This document shows positions 11,704-22,899 of a DNA stretch of 26,610 nucleotides, piece by piece; within the stretch, counting starts at the first letter, position 1; every line of letters begins with the position of its first letter. The position numbers were made by a program, and so were the translations under genes. The notes below the pieces were generated by a model, which saw only the letters and a list, made by a program, of their open reading frames with translations, did no database searches and was not told the origin of the DNA. This stretch comes from Chiloscyllium plagiosum (lineage: Eukaryota). The stretch is from the NCBI RefSeq assembly GCF_004010195.1, contig NC_057718.1:40871748-40898357 (forward strand). The letters run 5' to 3'.

Positions 11704-13031
11704 GATTTTGGGCTTCTATATTAGTCCTGTTTTAAAAAATACACGCTGGACCTTACAAATTCAATACGTCTAAAACTGATCCAGGGATATAATGATTATC
11801 CTGGTAACAGTACGTCACCTAGTTTGACATTTCAGTGAACATCTAAGCTTCACTACTTAGCATTTGTGCAGAATATTTGAATCAGAGAAAACATAACTAC
11901 TGGGACATGTTTTGACTTCCTACACAATGATTACATTTTTCCAACATCCATGATACTGTAGTTTCTCCAAATGTGTATATAAATAGTACAGTTTTAATTG
12001 CAGCACAAATATACAGCTGAGAACTAATGAATCTCAGACCTGATTACAGATGGCCATTCTGAATTTACACTGACTCAAGTTTAGCATGATGTAGGAGCGC
12101 ACTGTGCTGAATGAGAACAAAGAAAGCTATGCTGAAAGGTTGGTAAATGCTTCAACTTCCAGACACTTATAAATTGGCTAACCCTGATGTCGATGATGCT
12201 GCTTGCACTGCTAAAGATTTATGCTATCTTATAAAAGTTGTTGCTGCTGCAGAATAATGTTACTATCTACAACAACTAATAGAGAATTAAGCTATTGACC
12301 TCCTTATTTGTGTTTCTTCTTAGCCAATTTACTAATGGTTTCATTCCAAATATCAGCTGTAACTTTTCAACAGTTTTGGATGGCAAGTACAACACATCAT
12401 TTAATTAATACCAGATATATTTGTCAGTATAGATAATAAACAAGAATATATGTTTGCCAAAATAACATCTGGCATATGTTGGTCATGTTAAAAGTTATGT
12501 AAAGCTGATGGTTAATTTTTGACACCAAACTAAAAGACAAAATCAAAAGAATATTACCCTTAGTTTAATTTATTACTTGTGTATGTTAAAAACCACTAGA
12601 TCCATTTGAGTGAAGTTATAGCAATACCAAATTTACCAATCCGCTGAAATTGTGTATTTCCTCTCACCAGAGTTGACATGATGGTGTAAGGTTTCCTCAG
12701 TATCAAGAAAAGAAATCACATTAGGAGGAGAACGTTAGACAAGTGCACATATTTTCTAAAGTAAAACAATCCTCTTTGCCTAGAAGATATAAAAAAAATT
12801 GACTTCAAAACCTAAATGATATGACCAAGGTTCTAAATGCAAAGGGAGATGATCAACTATATGCATCTTTATTTTTAGACGGTGAACCCGTGATACAATC
12901 CAGCGACTGTGCCAGCATAAATATGTTTGATAGAAGGATAGCAGACAGGAAACAGGAATAGAAAAGAAAGGTAGATTCTCAGATTACTGCACATTTTTTC
13001 AAATGTTAGGAAAACTGATAACATATCTTAC

Positions 13032-13201
13032 CTAAGATTATTCTGTCCTTTGCAACTCCAGCATTGACCTCTTCCTCTACAAAGCTACTCAATGTTTGGC
13101 ACATTGAATCTATTGATTCAAGATGTTCTGGGCAGTTTATGGCAATTTTGTGCCTGTCAAACCACACATTTGACATAGATTGATTCATTGGTGTATATGG
13201 C
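13032..13201 (-). CDS. LYPLAL1: LYPLAL1 coding exon 3 ([58 protein letters not shown])
   Basis: Acceptor tttttcag ending 13202, donor G|GTAAGA at 13031. 170 nt. Motifs [19 protein letters not shown] match LYPLAL1. Intron 3 runs past the window start. Confidence 0.96.
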
Positions 13202-14799
13202 CTGAAAAATTGAAAATAAAAATGTTAAAAGCACAAAGCAAATGTAGGACAGTAAAGGAGCAAGAATCACTACCTGAATTGAAGACTTCAAAAATAATGC
13301 AAAGCATGAAAAAGTTAAACTGGCTATGTTTTACATATCAGTATGAATACATAAATATAATTCTTTAAAAAGGTGACTTTTGTGCTTACTTGAGCAGTAT
13401 TATAAACATATTAACCTTGAAACCAACTAATTATCTTGGTTGTGTTGAATCTATGAATGTAAATTAGCCTGTTGTTGAGAACCAACTGTCTCCTGTTCCC
13501 TGTCTCCTGTTGCAAGGAAGAGAGTCTGAAAAAGAGCTCAGAGCCAAAATGCGAGGCAAGCAACTGCGATAATGTAGGAGGGTGGCAACTGAAGTGGTGG
13601 TTAGGTTGACCATAGGAAAGTGAGTGGGGAACGACATGGGTGTGAGTGGATGAGCAACTGGATGGTGAGCGGGCTAAGGGGGCAGGAGGTGGAGCAGAAG
13701 AGCAATAGGAAGGAGTGTCAGTGAGCACCAGGAGGCATGTGGGTGAGTGAGTGAGTGACGTGATAGCAGGCGAGCAAGCATCAGTGGGGGTAAATGAGAG
13801 TTGCAATAAGCGATGTGGCACTGGTAAATGACTGGGACTGAATGCACAACAGCAGTTAGGCTGAAAACATTCTGGGCAGTGTCCCCTCTATGCTGAGTGC
13901 CTGTTGGAAAGCACTGCACACATTAACTGGCACGTCAATGGTTGGGAGGTTGCCACTCATTTACCTTGGAGGTCTCTGGACAGGAAAAATTACAGGGAGC
14001 AGTGGGGGAATGAAGGAGGCAAGAGACAATGGAGGAATAAGTGATGGGGCAAACAACGGAAGGGCAAGCAATGGGTGGAGAACGAGAGATAGAGATGAGT
14101 GATTTGAGGCAAATGAGCAAAGGACTCAGAGTGATGGCTAACAAGCAGATGGGTGGGATTGCAACTGAGGTGCTAAAGTTGGGGAGGGACCAGGGGTTGA
14201 GAAAGCGAATCTTAGGGAGGGCAAATGTGAGGAAAGAGGAGTAGACACAGCACGAGATGAATAGATGTGAGGTAAAGTAGTGGTGAGTGCTGAGGGTGGG
14301 GTGGGAACGAAAGAATCATGAGGGAATTGAATTAGAGAGTATGGAAAATGGGAGTGTTACAGATGGTAATAGTGAAGTAGGCTTCCTCCTCTTTATCATT
14401 CCAATTTCTCCATAATCAAATTTGTAAAGCATACAAAGTCGCTGAAGGAAAAGGGTAGAAATGGAAGGATTCTGGGAGGTAAACCAACTTCCATCTAAAA
14501 AGACTGAGTCCATGTATTTGAAGAAACAAAAAATGAAAGAGAGACCAAGCCAGATTAGAACTGAAGAGAATCAGACGTATAGAGTATATAACCCACAATT
14601 CACTGGGAGAAATGCATGGGAATCCAACAGTATTTTTAAATAAGCATTTCTATAGCATTTCGATATCAGAAAACACCAACAAGTTGAATATTTATACTCA
14701 AAATAACTGTTGAAGGAAGGGATCAAGAAACAGTCTGATAATCTTGTGAATTTATTGTGATTCAGATAAGACAAAACAGCATTTATAACTCAATCTCCG

Positions 14800-15122
14800 A
14801 GTGGTATTATCATTGGACTGTTAATCCAGAGACCCAGGAAATGTTCTGGGGACTGAGTTTGAATCCTGCCAAGGCAGATGGTGGAATTTGAGTTCAACAA
14901 ATATCTGGAATTAAGAGTTTAACGATGTCCCTGAATCCATTGTTGATTGTCGGGGAAAAAAACAATCTGGTTCATTAATGTCCTTTAGGGAAGGAAACTG
15001 CCATCCTTACTTGGTCTGGTCTACATGTGGTTGACTCTTAATTGCCCAATTAGGGATGGACAATAAATGCTGGCCTAGCCAGTGACACCCTCATCCCGTG
15101 AATGAATAAATTAAAAAAAAAA
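14800..15122 (+). mobile_element. tRNA-derived SINE sharing head/core and 3' tail with the 8806-11703 element
   Basis: 14800-15047 aligns with 8822-9080 (B box AGTTTGAATCC at 14856-14866; core ctggttcattaatgtcctttagggaaggaa). 15050-15110 aligns with 11630-11690. Ends in an A-tail. Confidence 0.88.
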
Positions 15123-15229
15123 CAAAATGTTATTTCTTTCATTTTCAATTCTAGCTGAGAGAGTGAGTCATTCTAATTGGATGTTAAGCAAACTTGCAAT
15201 GCATATCTATTCTCATGTATTTTAAATAC

Positions 15230-15329
15230 CTTAAAGGTGCTGTTGGATAAATTATACGTATGTGCTGAAAATTCAGATCTTGTTTTAATACATCTTTTAT
15301 CCATGCTCTTATACCTTGTCCAGTATCAC
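15230..15329 (-). CDS. LYPLAL1: LYPLAL1 coding exon 2 ([34 protein letters not shown])
   Basis: Acceptor ttttag at 15335-15330, donor AG|GTATTT at 15229. 100 nt; phase 1 in and phase 2 out fit exons 1 and 3. Peptide closely matches vertebrate LYPLAL1 ([32 protein letters not shown]). Confidence 0.96.
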
Positions 15330-16805
15330 CTAAAAGACACAAAAAGGTACAGTACAGAATAATATGCAATTTTCAAGCTACTAACAGTTGAAAAAGTTGA
15401 ACTCAGCAATAGCATGTCTACAGCAATATCTGAAATACAGGCATCTCCGCCTGAACTAAATTAAGAGTATAGTCATTATTTTCCACTTCAGCAACTCATT
15501 GGCTAACAGCAAATTCCAGGACTTTTCTTGCAGCAAATCGATCAGAAATGAATGTATCCAGGTAGCTTGCAGTCAACCTGAATTGCAACCTCAAGAACCG
15601 CAAACACCTGTAAAAGGGTTTCAGAAAAAGACCAAAACACAAAGAATAAATATTATCCAGAAACTAGCACTTTTAGTGCTGTTAGCATTCTTCTCATGTA
15701 CAGTTCAGCAGAACACTGCTCCCCAGTGTGGGTTGAAAGCAGCTACACAGAATACTTGGACACTGTCCTCCACACATCAATGTGGATTATTAATGATATG
15801 CTCAGATCAACACCTATGCAATGCATACAGTTCAGTATCGGTGATGTAAGGACTTCAGAAGGGATTTAGTGATTGACTTTTGCACTAAATGAGAAAGACT
15901 TCCTTCAGTGTAGTTAGGGTTTTGCTTTCATTGGGTAGAGTTTTACAAGTGAACAAACATATGTGCATCAGGTTTCAGATAGGACTACCGACAGGTGGAT
16001 TTTGTTTTGACTTCAGGGAAACACCCATAGCTTGAAAGCCATTTTGGTTTCAGGGTTGCACAATCTTGGCTGAAGCTAGACACGTAAAACACTTACTCTT
16101 AATGAAGGAAAATAGTTTCGAGCTGTTATGAAATAGATTATCTTCTGCAATGCTCCCCTTAAAAATACCAGCAAGAGGGTCAGGAGTTCCATATCACTAT
16201 ATTTGGGGGACTGGGCCACAGTCAGTCCTGTAGGTCTAGTGCAACTAGTATGAGGATTCAAGGGAATTCAGTCAGGGAACTGCACAGATATCAGTCAAAG
16301 GTCCAGTAACTCATCAGGCAGAGCTGTCCTTCCAGGTTGTTCCAAAGAGTGGACCATAATCAAACATGGGGGTCTGATCACCGAAAGTGAAAGGGGATTA
16401 TCATCAAGGGCCACTACAGTGATAAAGAATTGTGGGAATTAGAAGCAGTATTCAAGGATGCAGACAGGAAAAATTATGAAGAGAGGGAACTTAACATATT
16501 TTTGGGGTGGCGGTGGGTCAAGAGAGACGATAGTGTATGGATAGTGTAGGCAGGGAAGGGAGGGAAGAGGGATGGGGGTACCATACTCTGACCTTGCCGT
16601 GGGAATCAAGAGAGATAGCACAGTGTGTTGATCTAGCGTGGATAAGCTGTTTGGCTCAGAGCTCAGGGGGTAATGTTGGAAGATGTAAATGAAAGTGTGT
16701 TGGGAACATGTGGAGGCTCACATGTGATTGGGTTAACAGAATGCAAAGAAGAACGAAACATTAACATTTATGGGAATCTAGATTACAAGGATGAGCCTTT
16801 GACTT

Positions 16806-16890
16806 AGTCTTAGAGATCTACAGCACTGAAAAAGATTCTGTGGCCCAGTGGGTCTGTACCTGATTAAAACCGACCATCTAACTTGTTCTA
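16806..16890 (-). mobile_element. Short CR1/HE1-type 3' tail fragment
   Basis: agtcttagagatctacagcactgaaaaag resembles agtcatagagatgtacagcatgaaaacag at 4723, the antisense CR1 tail. Confidence 0.55.
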
Positions 16891-18254
16891 TGAAATGTGA
16901 CCTATGTTGCCTTTTATCTTTATCTGAAAGACAAATGTGAAGTTGAAATGGAAAATGGCTGTAGCCACATCCAGAGTGGGTGAACAGTGTTTTGTCTACC
17001 TGATCATGTAGGATCTACTTGTCAGTGATGAGATGCCCTTCGAGGGGGCAACTATATCAACTAGACACTTTCACAGTACAGGCTGCAGACATCTGCAATC
17101 ATAGTACCTTGAGTGTGAAATGCATGCAGGACCCAAATATTTGCATACAAATCCTGCTCTCAAGCAGGATCTCACTTGTCAATACAAATTGGTCATAGTC
17201 ATCGCTGTGAAGCAGCATCAATCACAAGTGAACTTAAAAAAAGGGTGACCTGAAGGCCACAATTCACAAAGACAATCCAAGGTTTCAAAGTTTAGGGCAT
17301 GGAACTGATTTCCTCTAGCCTTGAATTTGAAGTTATCTCAAACATGCTTGGAGGCAATGCTGCTTTTCTTGGGTGAGGTGGGGATGGGGGTGAGGTTGAT
17401 GAGGTGGGGTTGAGGGGTGAGGTTTGTGAGAAGTGAGTTGAGGCTTTTTAGTGGGAGGCCGGAGTAAAGTGTCAGTAGTCCTACTGTACTTACAATTAGC
17501 TATGGTCTGTGCAGCATGCATCAAATAAGGTCCACTACGTCAAAAGTGCATGAAGAGATCATCCTTGGCAGAGTCCTCCAAGACCCACTGTATGGATGAC
17601 TGCGTGAAGCCCTCTTTTGTGTGTGAAGCAAATGCTGTCAATGTTATTAAGAACATATTTTGATTCCAATATTCCCCACACAGGTTCATTGAAGCATGAC
17701 CAACACAGGATCCAGCCACAGCAGTGATAATTGCAGCGATGGTCATGGTGCAACAAAGGTATAGAGAAATCAAGGAGGATCAGATGCGCCAACAAGTCCA
17801 GGATCAGCAGCAACTTGCAGCGGCTGACAAACTGACTGCACATCATGAGGTCACAGCTTCAGATCCCCTTCGGATGTGGAGGGAGTATAGAAGACTGAGT
17901 GTTTATTATCCTCAATGCCTTTTCCTCCAGATAAACTAGGCACATTGCCACCTCAGTCTGAAAATCTCCCGGGACACCATCTGAAAACTGTGCCATTTGT
18001 TGAATCAGGACTAGCAACTTGAAGGGGTTAGTGGCCATCAAGGTTATGGCTGCGTTAAATTTTAATGCAACAGGTTGCTTCCAAGGATTCACTGGGGACC
18101 TATGTAGGATCTCTCAATCCTCAAATATATCAAGGCTCCTATTGATTCAATTTGTGACAATTCACACCACTTTATAATGTTTCACCATGACACGATCGGT
18201 GCTGCAACCTGGGCTTTAAGCTTTGACGACATAGCTGGCTTCCCTTATATGTTG

Positions 18255-18427
18255 AGGAGAAAGTGAGGTCTGCAGATGCTGGAGATCAGAGCTGGAAATG
18301 TGTTGCTGGAAAAGCGCAGCAGGTCAGGCAGCATCCTGAAGAAGGGCTTATGCCCGAAACGTCGATTCTCCTGTTCCCTGGATGCTGCCTGACCTGCTGC
18401 GCTTTTCCAGCAACACATTTCCAGCTC
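18255..18427. mobile_element. 173-bp Penelope-like (family A) inverted-repeat insertion with a 16-bp TSD
   Basis: TSD cttcccttatatgttg at 18239-18254 and 18428-18443. Perfect 48-bp inverted arms at 18289-18336 and 18380-18427. Confidence 0.88.
18333..18366 (+). ncRNA. Minimal type I hammerhead ribozyme motif
   Basis: AUC-CUGAAGA-A-GGGC(UUAU)GCCC-GAAA-CG-UC/GAU. Complete catalytic core, 4-bp stem II, palindromic ACGU stem III, 3-bp stem I, and GUC cleavage triplet ending at 18363. Confidence 0.75.
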
Positions 18428-18480
18428 CTTCCCTTATATGTTGCCTTGACAGTGTCATATCATATCATAGCTGACTACAT

Positions 18481-18994
18481 CAGCAGTTGAAAGTGTGTTG
18501 CTGGGAAAGCACAGGAGGTCAGGCAGCATCAGAGTGGGCGGCACGGTGGCCCAGTGGTTAGCACTGCTGCCTCACAGCGCCAGAGTCTGGGGTTCAATTC
18601 CCGCCTCAGGCGACTGACTGTGTGGAGTTTGCACGTTCTCCCCGTGTCTGCGTGGGTTTCCTCTGGGTACTCCGGTTTCCTCCCACAGTCCAAAGATGTG
18701 CAGGTCAGGTGAATTGGCCATACTAAATTACCCGTAGTGTTAGGTTAGGGGTATGAGTGGGTTGCGCTTTGGCGGGTCGGTGTGGACTTGTTGGGCCGAA
18801 GGGCCTGTTTCCACACTGTAATGTAATCTAATCTAAAAGTAGCCGGAGAATCGACGTTTTGGGTGTAAGCCCTTGATCAGGATTCCGAAATGTCGATTCT
18901 CTTGCTCCTCGGATGCTGCCTGACCTGTTGTGCTTTCCCAGCAATGCACTCCAGACTCTAATCTCCAGCATCTGCATTCCTCACTTTCTCCGAC
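18481..18994. mobile_element. Second family-A inverted-repeat insertion with a 10-bp TSD, hosting an HE1 SINE
   Basis: TSD ctgactacat at 18471-18480 and 18995-19004. The arm 18492-18534 + 18841-18882 is inverted relative to 18886-18950. Degenerate minus-strand hammerhead at ~18848-18882. Confidence 0.82.
18536..18835 (+). mobile_element. Full-length HE1-like (V-SINE type) tRNA-derived SINE with a CR1-derived tail
   Basis: A box TGGCCCAGTGG at 18547-18557 and B box GGTTCAATTCC at 18591-18601. V-domain-like ctgtgtggagtttgcacgttctccccgtgtctgcgtgggtttcctc. Tail ggtcggtgtggacttgttgggccgaagggcctgtttcc resembles the CR1 3' end at 5959-6000. Ends taatctaatct. CpGs are retained, suggesting a young copy. 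Confidence 0.9.
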
Positions 18995-19036
18995 CTGACT
19001 ACATTAGGAGAAAATGCTTCCATTCCACCAACACAG

Positions 19037-19160
19037 AAGTTAGAGAAATATAAAAACTAGGATTAGGAGTAGATCATTTAACATTATCACAGCTTTTCCT
19101 CTAACTCAGAGCTTTATTCAATGTTTTCTCTCCATAATTCTTGATGCCTTTAATCATCAG
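19037..19160 (-). mobile_element. Decayed CR1-type 3' UTR fragment inside the Harbinger fossil
   Basis: tagagaaatataaaaactaggattaggagtagatcattt..ttctctccataattcttgatgcc resembles antisense CR1 3' ends and interrupts the transposase reading. Confidence 0.45.
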
Positions 19161-19989
19161 AGATGTGTGCCAGTCACATTGGAAGCAATTATGATATCTA
19201 TATCCTTGATAATGCTTCGGTTTTTGCTTTGTTTCATTGACTGCATGCCTATCAAGGGTGGCTGGAGATCAGGGTTACCCTCTTCAATCTGGATAGTGAC
19301 TCCATTAAATATTCCCGAGGCCTAGCATAGGTATAATGGCATCCATTCTTCCACCAAGGCTATCAAGAAGTAGATGACAGACATCTTGAAGATGAGGTTC
19401 TGGCACTTGGATCAGTTCTTGGGAGCTTTGCAGTACACTCCAGACAGAGTGTACCACACATAATCCTTGCACTTTGTGCCCTGAAATGGTCAAAGAGAGG
19501 ATGCGATGGATACTGAAAAGCTGGGAGAGAAGCAATAGTCTTCTGAGAAGGACATTGTTCTTTCTGCACATCACGTTCAGCATTAAGTGCAACAGCTAGG
19601 CAGGACTTAAGTGACACTCAATTCTAACAGATACAAGTTGGGTGAAGTGATTATTTATTTCCTGTAAATTTGTTGTTGTTTGAAGGGCAAGCAGCACACG
19701 TTTGTTTCAAGAAACAAATCCATTTTTTTATCTGTCTTTTTTCCTTTGTTTTTGCTGTTTGTTCAATAAAAGTTAACATTTTCAATAAGACTTTCCAACA
19801 TGTGCTGCTCCATGAATGAATAAAAACAAGATGCTAGGTTATGTTGGGCATTAGGAAAACAGTTGCACTCCTTTAGACTACTAACATGTTCTAACATGGT
19901 GTGGTGTTAACGACAGGTATATAACTTGATACTTGTAGTGGTGTTACAACGATAGTCGTTCAGACAAGTGCCAACATTAAATATAAATA

Positions 19990-20188
19990 TGGGCAGCCCC
20001 TAGTTTGCAAACAGGTTCCGTTCTTGAGTCCGTTCACACGTTGTTTTCCAACTTGCATACAAATCAATGTAGGACAATTTAAGAAGCTGTTTATAAGTGC
20101 AGAAAATGCTTGTATATCAGACCGCTAAAATGAAACACCTGCATATTGCGTTTGTAGGTATGACAGTTTGTAAATCAGGGACCTCCTG
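19990..20188. mobile_element. Old Tigger/pogo-like MITE
   Basis: Flanked by TA at 19988-19989 and 20189-20190. Degenerate 23-bp TIRs tgggcagcccctagtttgcaaac and gtttgtaaatcagggacctcctg match at 15/23, with mismatches mostly transitions. Confidence 0.55.
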
Positions 20189-20430
20189 TATATTTGCAAT
20201 CGTGAGCATCTATTTGTTACGAACTATCAACTCTACCATCTACGTGACTTAGAAGCTGATCTTTTTTTTGTTTCCTTCCTACTACATGTACTGTGAGAAC
20301 TATTCCTGGCTGACGTTTGATGACTGGCGCAGAAAGGTTCAGTTGAATGTTCTGTTTGCATGCTGTAAAAACTCTGACTCTGTATGGCTGGCAGTATTTT
20401 AACTGGTGCACAGCTGGACTTAAACTGAAA

Positions 20431-20490
20431 CCATCAACACACTCTTGACTCTGACCTCCAGCATCTGCAGTCCTCGTTTTCTCCACCTTG
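20431..20490 (+). mobile_element. Terminal fragment of the family-A Penelope-like repeat
   Basis: caacacactcttgactctgacctccagcatctgcagtcctcgttttctcc matches 9160-9205 and 18942-18991. Confidence 0.75.
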
Positions 20491-20639
20491 AAAATAACCT
20501 GACTATTCTTGCTGTACCAGTCCTCAACCACACTAATATATTACTCCCAATTTTGTTAATATTAATTTTGCACAACAACCTTCAGTGTAGCAACTTATCA
20601 ATGTCTCCTGAAACCCAAATACATTTGTCAAAGTTGTCG

Positions 20640-21030
20640 AATTTCCAAGTGCTCTGATACTGTATTATTTATGATAAGATTCTGCCATTTCTCTACTGGT
20701 ATGAAAGCTCATGTAATCTGATTCCCTTGATAGTCTTGATTTGTCACACTTTATGGTTTGTTCCTTGTAGCCTTCACTGTGAAGGCAAACACAAAATATT
20801 TGTTTAACACCTCTTCCATTTCCTTTTCACATTATTCCTCCTGTGTCTAAGGGACCCAAGGTTTACTTTAATTGCTCTGTTATTGCAGACCTGTTAAAAG
20901 CCCTTACAATGTGTACTGTTTGTGTCTGCTCACATTCTATTTACACCCTCTATCAACATTTTGTTGATTTTTTAAAATCCTCCTGATCCTCATATTTGCT
21001 CTTTTTTTGGCAACAATGCAAGTTTCTCTT
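20640..21030 (-). mobile_element. Old CR1 ORF2 fragment
   Basis: The minus strand around 20775-20825 reads KEMEEVLNKYFVFAFTVK, homologous to CR1 ..ILNEYFASVFTVE at 3790-3830. Confidence 0.6.
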
Positions 21031-21078
21031 TTAATCAAGTTAATCTTAGCATACGACTTTTACAGTTTTTTTAAAAAA

Positions 21079-22436
21079 AATCATTCATGGTATGTGGATA
21101 TTACTAGCAAGGTGAAATTTCATTAGCCATCTCTAATGGTGCTGGGGAAAGCGAATATTGCCTTGTTGAACACAGCTGCCATTCACATAGTGAAGGGATT
21201 CTCAACAACTCTAGTGTTCAAGAAGTTTGACCAAATGACAATGGTGGAATTGTGACATGTTTCCAAGTTGGGGCAGTTTGCATTTCCCTGAGAAGAACAT
21301 GGAGGGAATGGTGTTCCCAAGTGCCCACAGGACTTGTCTTAGGGGTTAGAAGTTGCTGCCGAAGAAGCCATTTAATTTGTTGCAGTCTATACTTTAGATG
21401 CAGACATAATTCACCAATGGTTGAAACAGTGAATGTTGAAGGTGGTTACTGTGTACCTTTGAAGAGGGATGCTTTGTCTTAGATGGGGGTTGAGCTTCTT
21501 GTCTATTTTTGGAGTTGTACTCATCTAATCAAGTGGAAAGCATCCTGTCACACTCCTGACTTGTGCTTTGTCGAGAGTGAAAAAGCTTTGGGGAAATCAG
21601 GAACTCTTTATAAAATTAACAGCCTCTGATCTGGCTACGCAATGACAGGATTAACATGATTGGGCTAGCTAAGTTTATAGTCAATGGTGACACCTGAAAA
21701 TGTGGGTAGTTAGGGTTGCAGTAATGTCAAAGAGAGATAGTAAGATTGTCTTAGAGATGGTCATTACCTCGCACTTCTGTGGTATGAATACGACACTATT
21801 TACTAGACTAAGCCTAAATTTGGGGATAATCATGAGTGAGTTTGTTGTTAATACCTCACCCATGTTTCATTTTAATATTTTGGAGGCAATATTCAGTTCT
21901 GTGAAGGTTATTTTTGTAAAGATAGGATAATTAAAATTCTGGGCTTTAGTGATTACCAGGACACCTAAAGAAATTGCAGTTCAGAAAGTCTCACAACACA
22001 AATGATATGCCCTCAGTGTGAAGATGGGACTTTGTCTTGTCAGCTACTGTCGTGATTGAGAGTGTCTCTATGCCATGAGAATGCAATCAGGTGGGTTTTT
22101 CCTTCATTTTAGTTTTCTCACTACTTTTCACAAGTATAGTCTGAAAACTATGTTTGGGACTCAGCCAGCTGGGCAGTAGTGATGATGCCCAGTTACTCTT
22201 GTTGAGGACACTGAAGTTCCCAACCCTAAATGCATTCTGTCTCTTTGCTGTCCTCAGAATTTTGTCCAGGTAATTTGGTAAGTACAGATTCCTCACCCAT
22301 GTGAAGATTGTAAATAATGGTAAAGCAGGAAATTCCTTCAACCACTTGCTACCATGAGATATTAAGGGATCGGAATTAACACTGAGGAGCATCAGGCTAT
22401 CTTGGGTGCGCTATACATCACGGTACTGCCATTCCC
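21079..22436 (-). mobile_element. Old, internally deleted copy of the 8806-11703 family
   Basis: 3' tail at ~21080-21140, and the RT C-terminal region to ~21790 parallels 151-880. The APE remnant LDKILRTAKRQNAFRVGNFSV (ORF 22087-22392) corresponds to 9685-9745. Confidence 0.7.
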
Positions 22437-22899
22437 GTTAAAAATGTACTTTTTACTTTCGTGTATTTTTGATTGCAAATTGAAATGGGAAATGGACAAG
22501 ATTAAAGAGGGAATTGCTGCTATTTTAAAAGCAAGTTACTGAAACTGGAAGCTGTGCATACATTGCCGCTTTGTCCAAACAGCAGGGCAGGATGTCTGTA
22601 AATGGGCCGGAACCAGGGGCGTGCACAAAATGAGATTCGGCTAGCAACAGGTTATTGATTGGTTTATTGTGTTGTGACCAGTTGTAAATGACATAGGCCA
22701 TCAACCTGACAAGAATTTTCTGAATGGTAGTTGAAAATTTTGTGCATACAAATGAGAATGGTAGAAGCTTTTGGACTGCTGCAAGGGCAGATTGTATGTC
22801 TTACTCTCTAGTAAAATACCTAAAGACTGAAGAAAGCCAGTTTATTTTCCCTCAACTGTTGCTATAAACTGTGGTTCTGAACCAGGTAATTATTTTCAG

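Larger units (their letters stand above)
17870..19490 (+). mobile_element. Fossil PIF/Harbinger (HARBI1-like) DDE transposase interrupted by several insertions
   Basis: Plus-strand pieces LVAIKVMAALNFNATGCFQGFTGDLCRISQSS (18028-), FDDIAGFPYML (18221-18254), RRKCFHSTNTEV (19006-), AGDQGYPL (19261-), RYNGIHSSTKAI and ILKMRFWHLDQFLGALQYTPDRV..IILALCAL (19383-). These are Harbinger motifs in the correct order, with stops and frameshifts. Confidence 0.85.

Noticed and set aside
8802..11706. AGAT as TSD of the Pol III-headed element
   Set aside because: Only 4 nt and overlapping the A-tail, so too weak to use as evidence of a single insertion event.
12170..12240. Possible C/D-box snoRNA (ctgatg/gatgatg motifs)
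   Set aside because: The boxes are not in C-then-D order with a terminal stem, and they lie on the strand opposite the host gene.
1..13031. LYPLAL1 exon 4 (GGFSMGG catalytic serine)
   Set aside because: I scanned by eye for the required plus-strand CCCAT-NGA-RAA pattern and found none. The exon presumably lies beyond the window start.
13411..13821. 136-aa S/P/L/H-rich ORF
   Set aside because: Explained by compositional skew. No domain similarity and no convincing splice context.
15499..15849. 116-aa plus-strand ORF
   Set aside because: Non-ATG start, no recognisable motifs, and antisense within an intron.
18536..18610. tRNA gene (also 8806-8890 and 25273-25340)
   Set aside because: A and B boxes are present, but the sequences continue into SINE bodies or lack a full cloverleaf. 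They are tRNA-derived SINE heads.
18239..19004. CRISPR-like repeat array
   Set aside because: The repeats are TSDs and inverted arms of retroelement insertions, not regularly spaced direct repeats. The context is eukaryotic.
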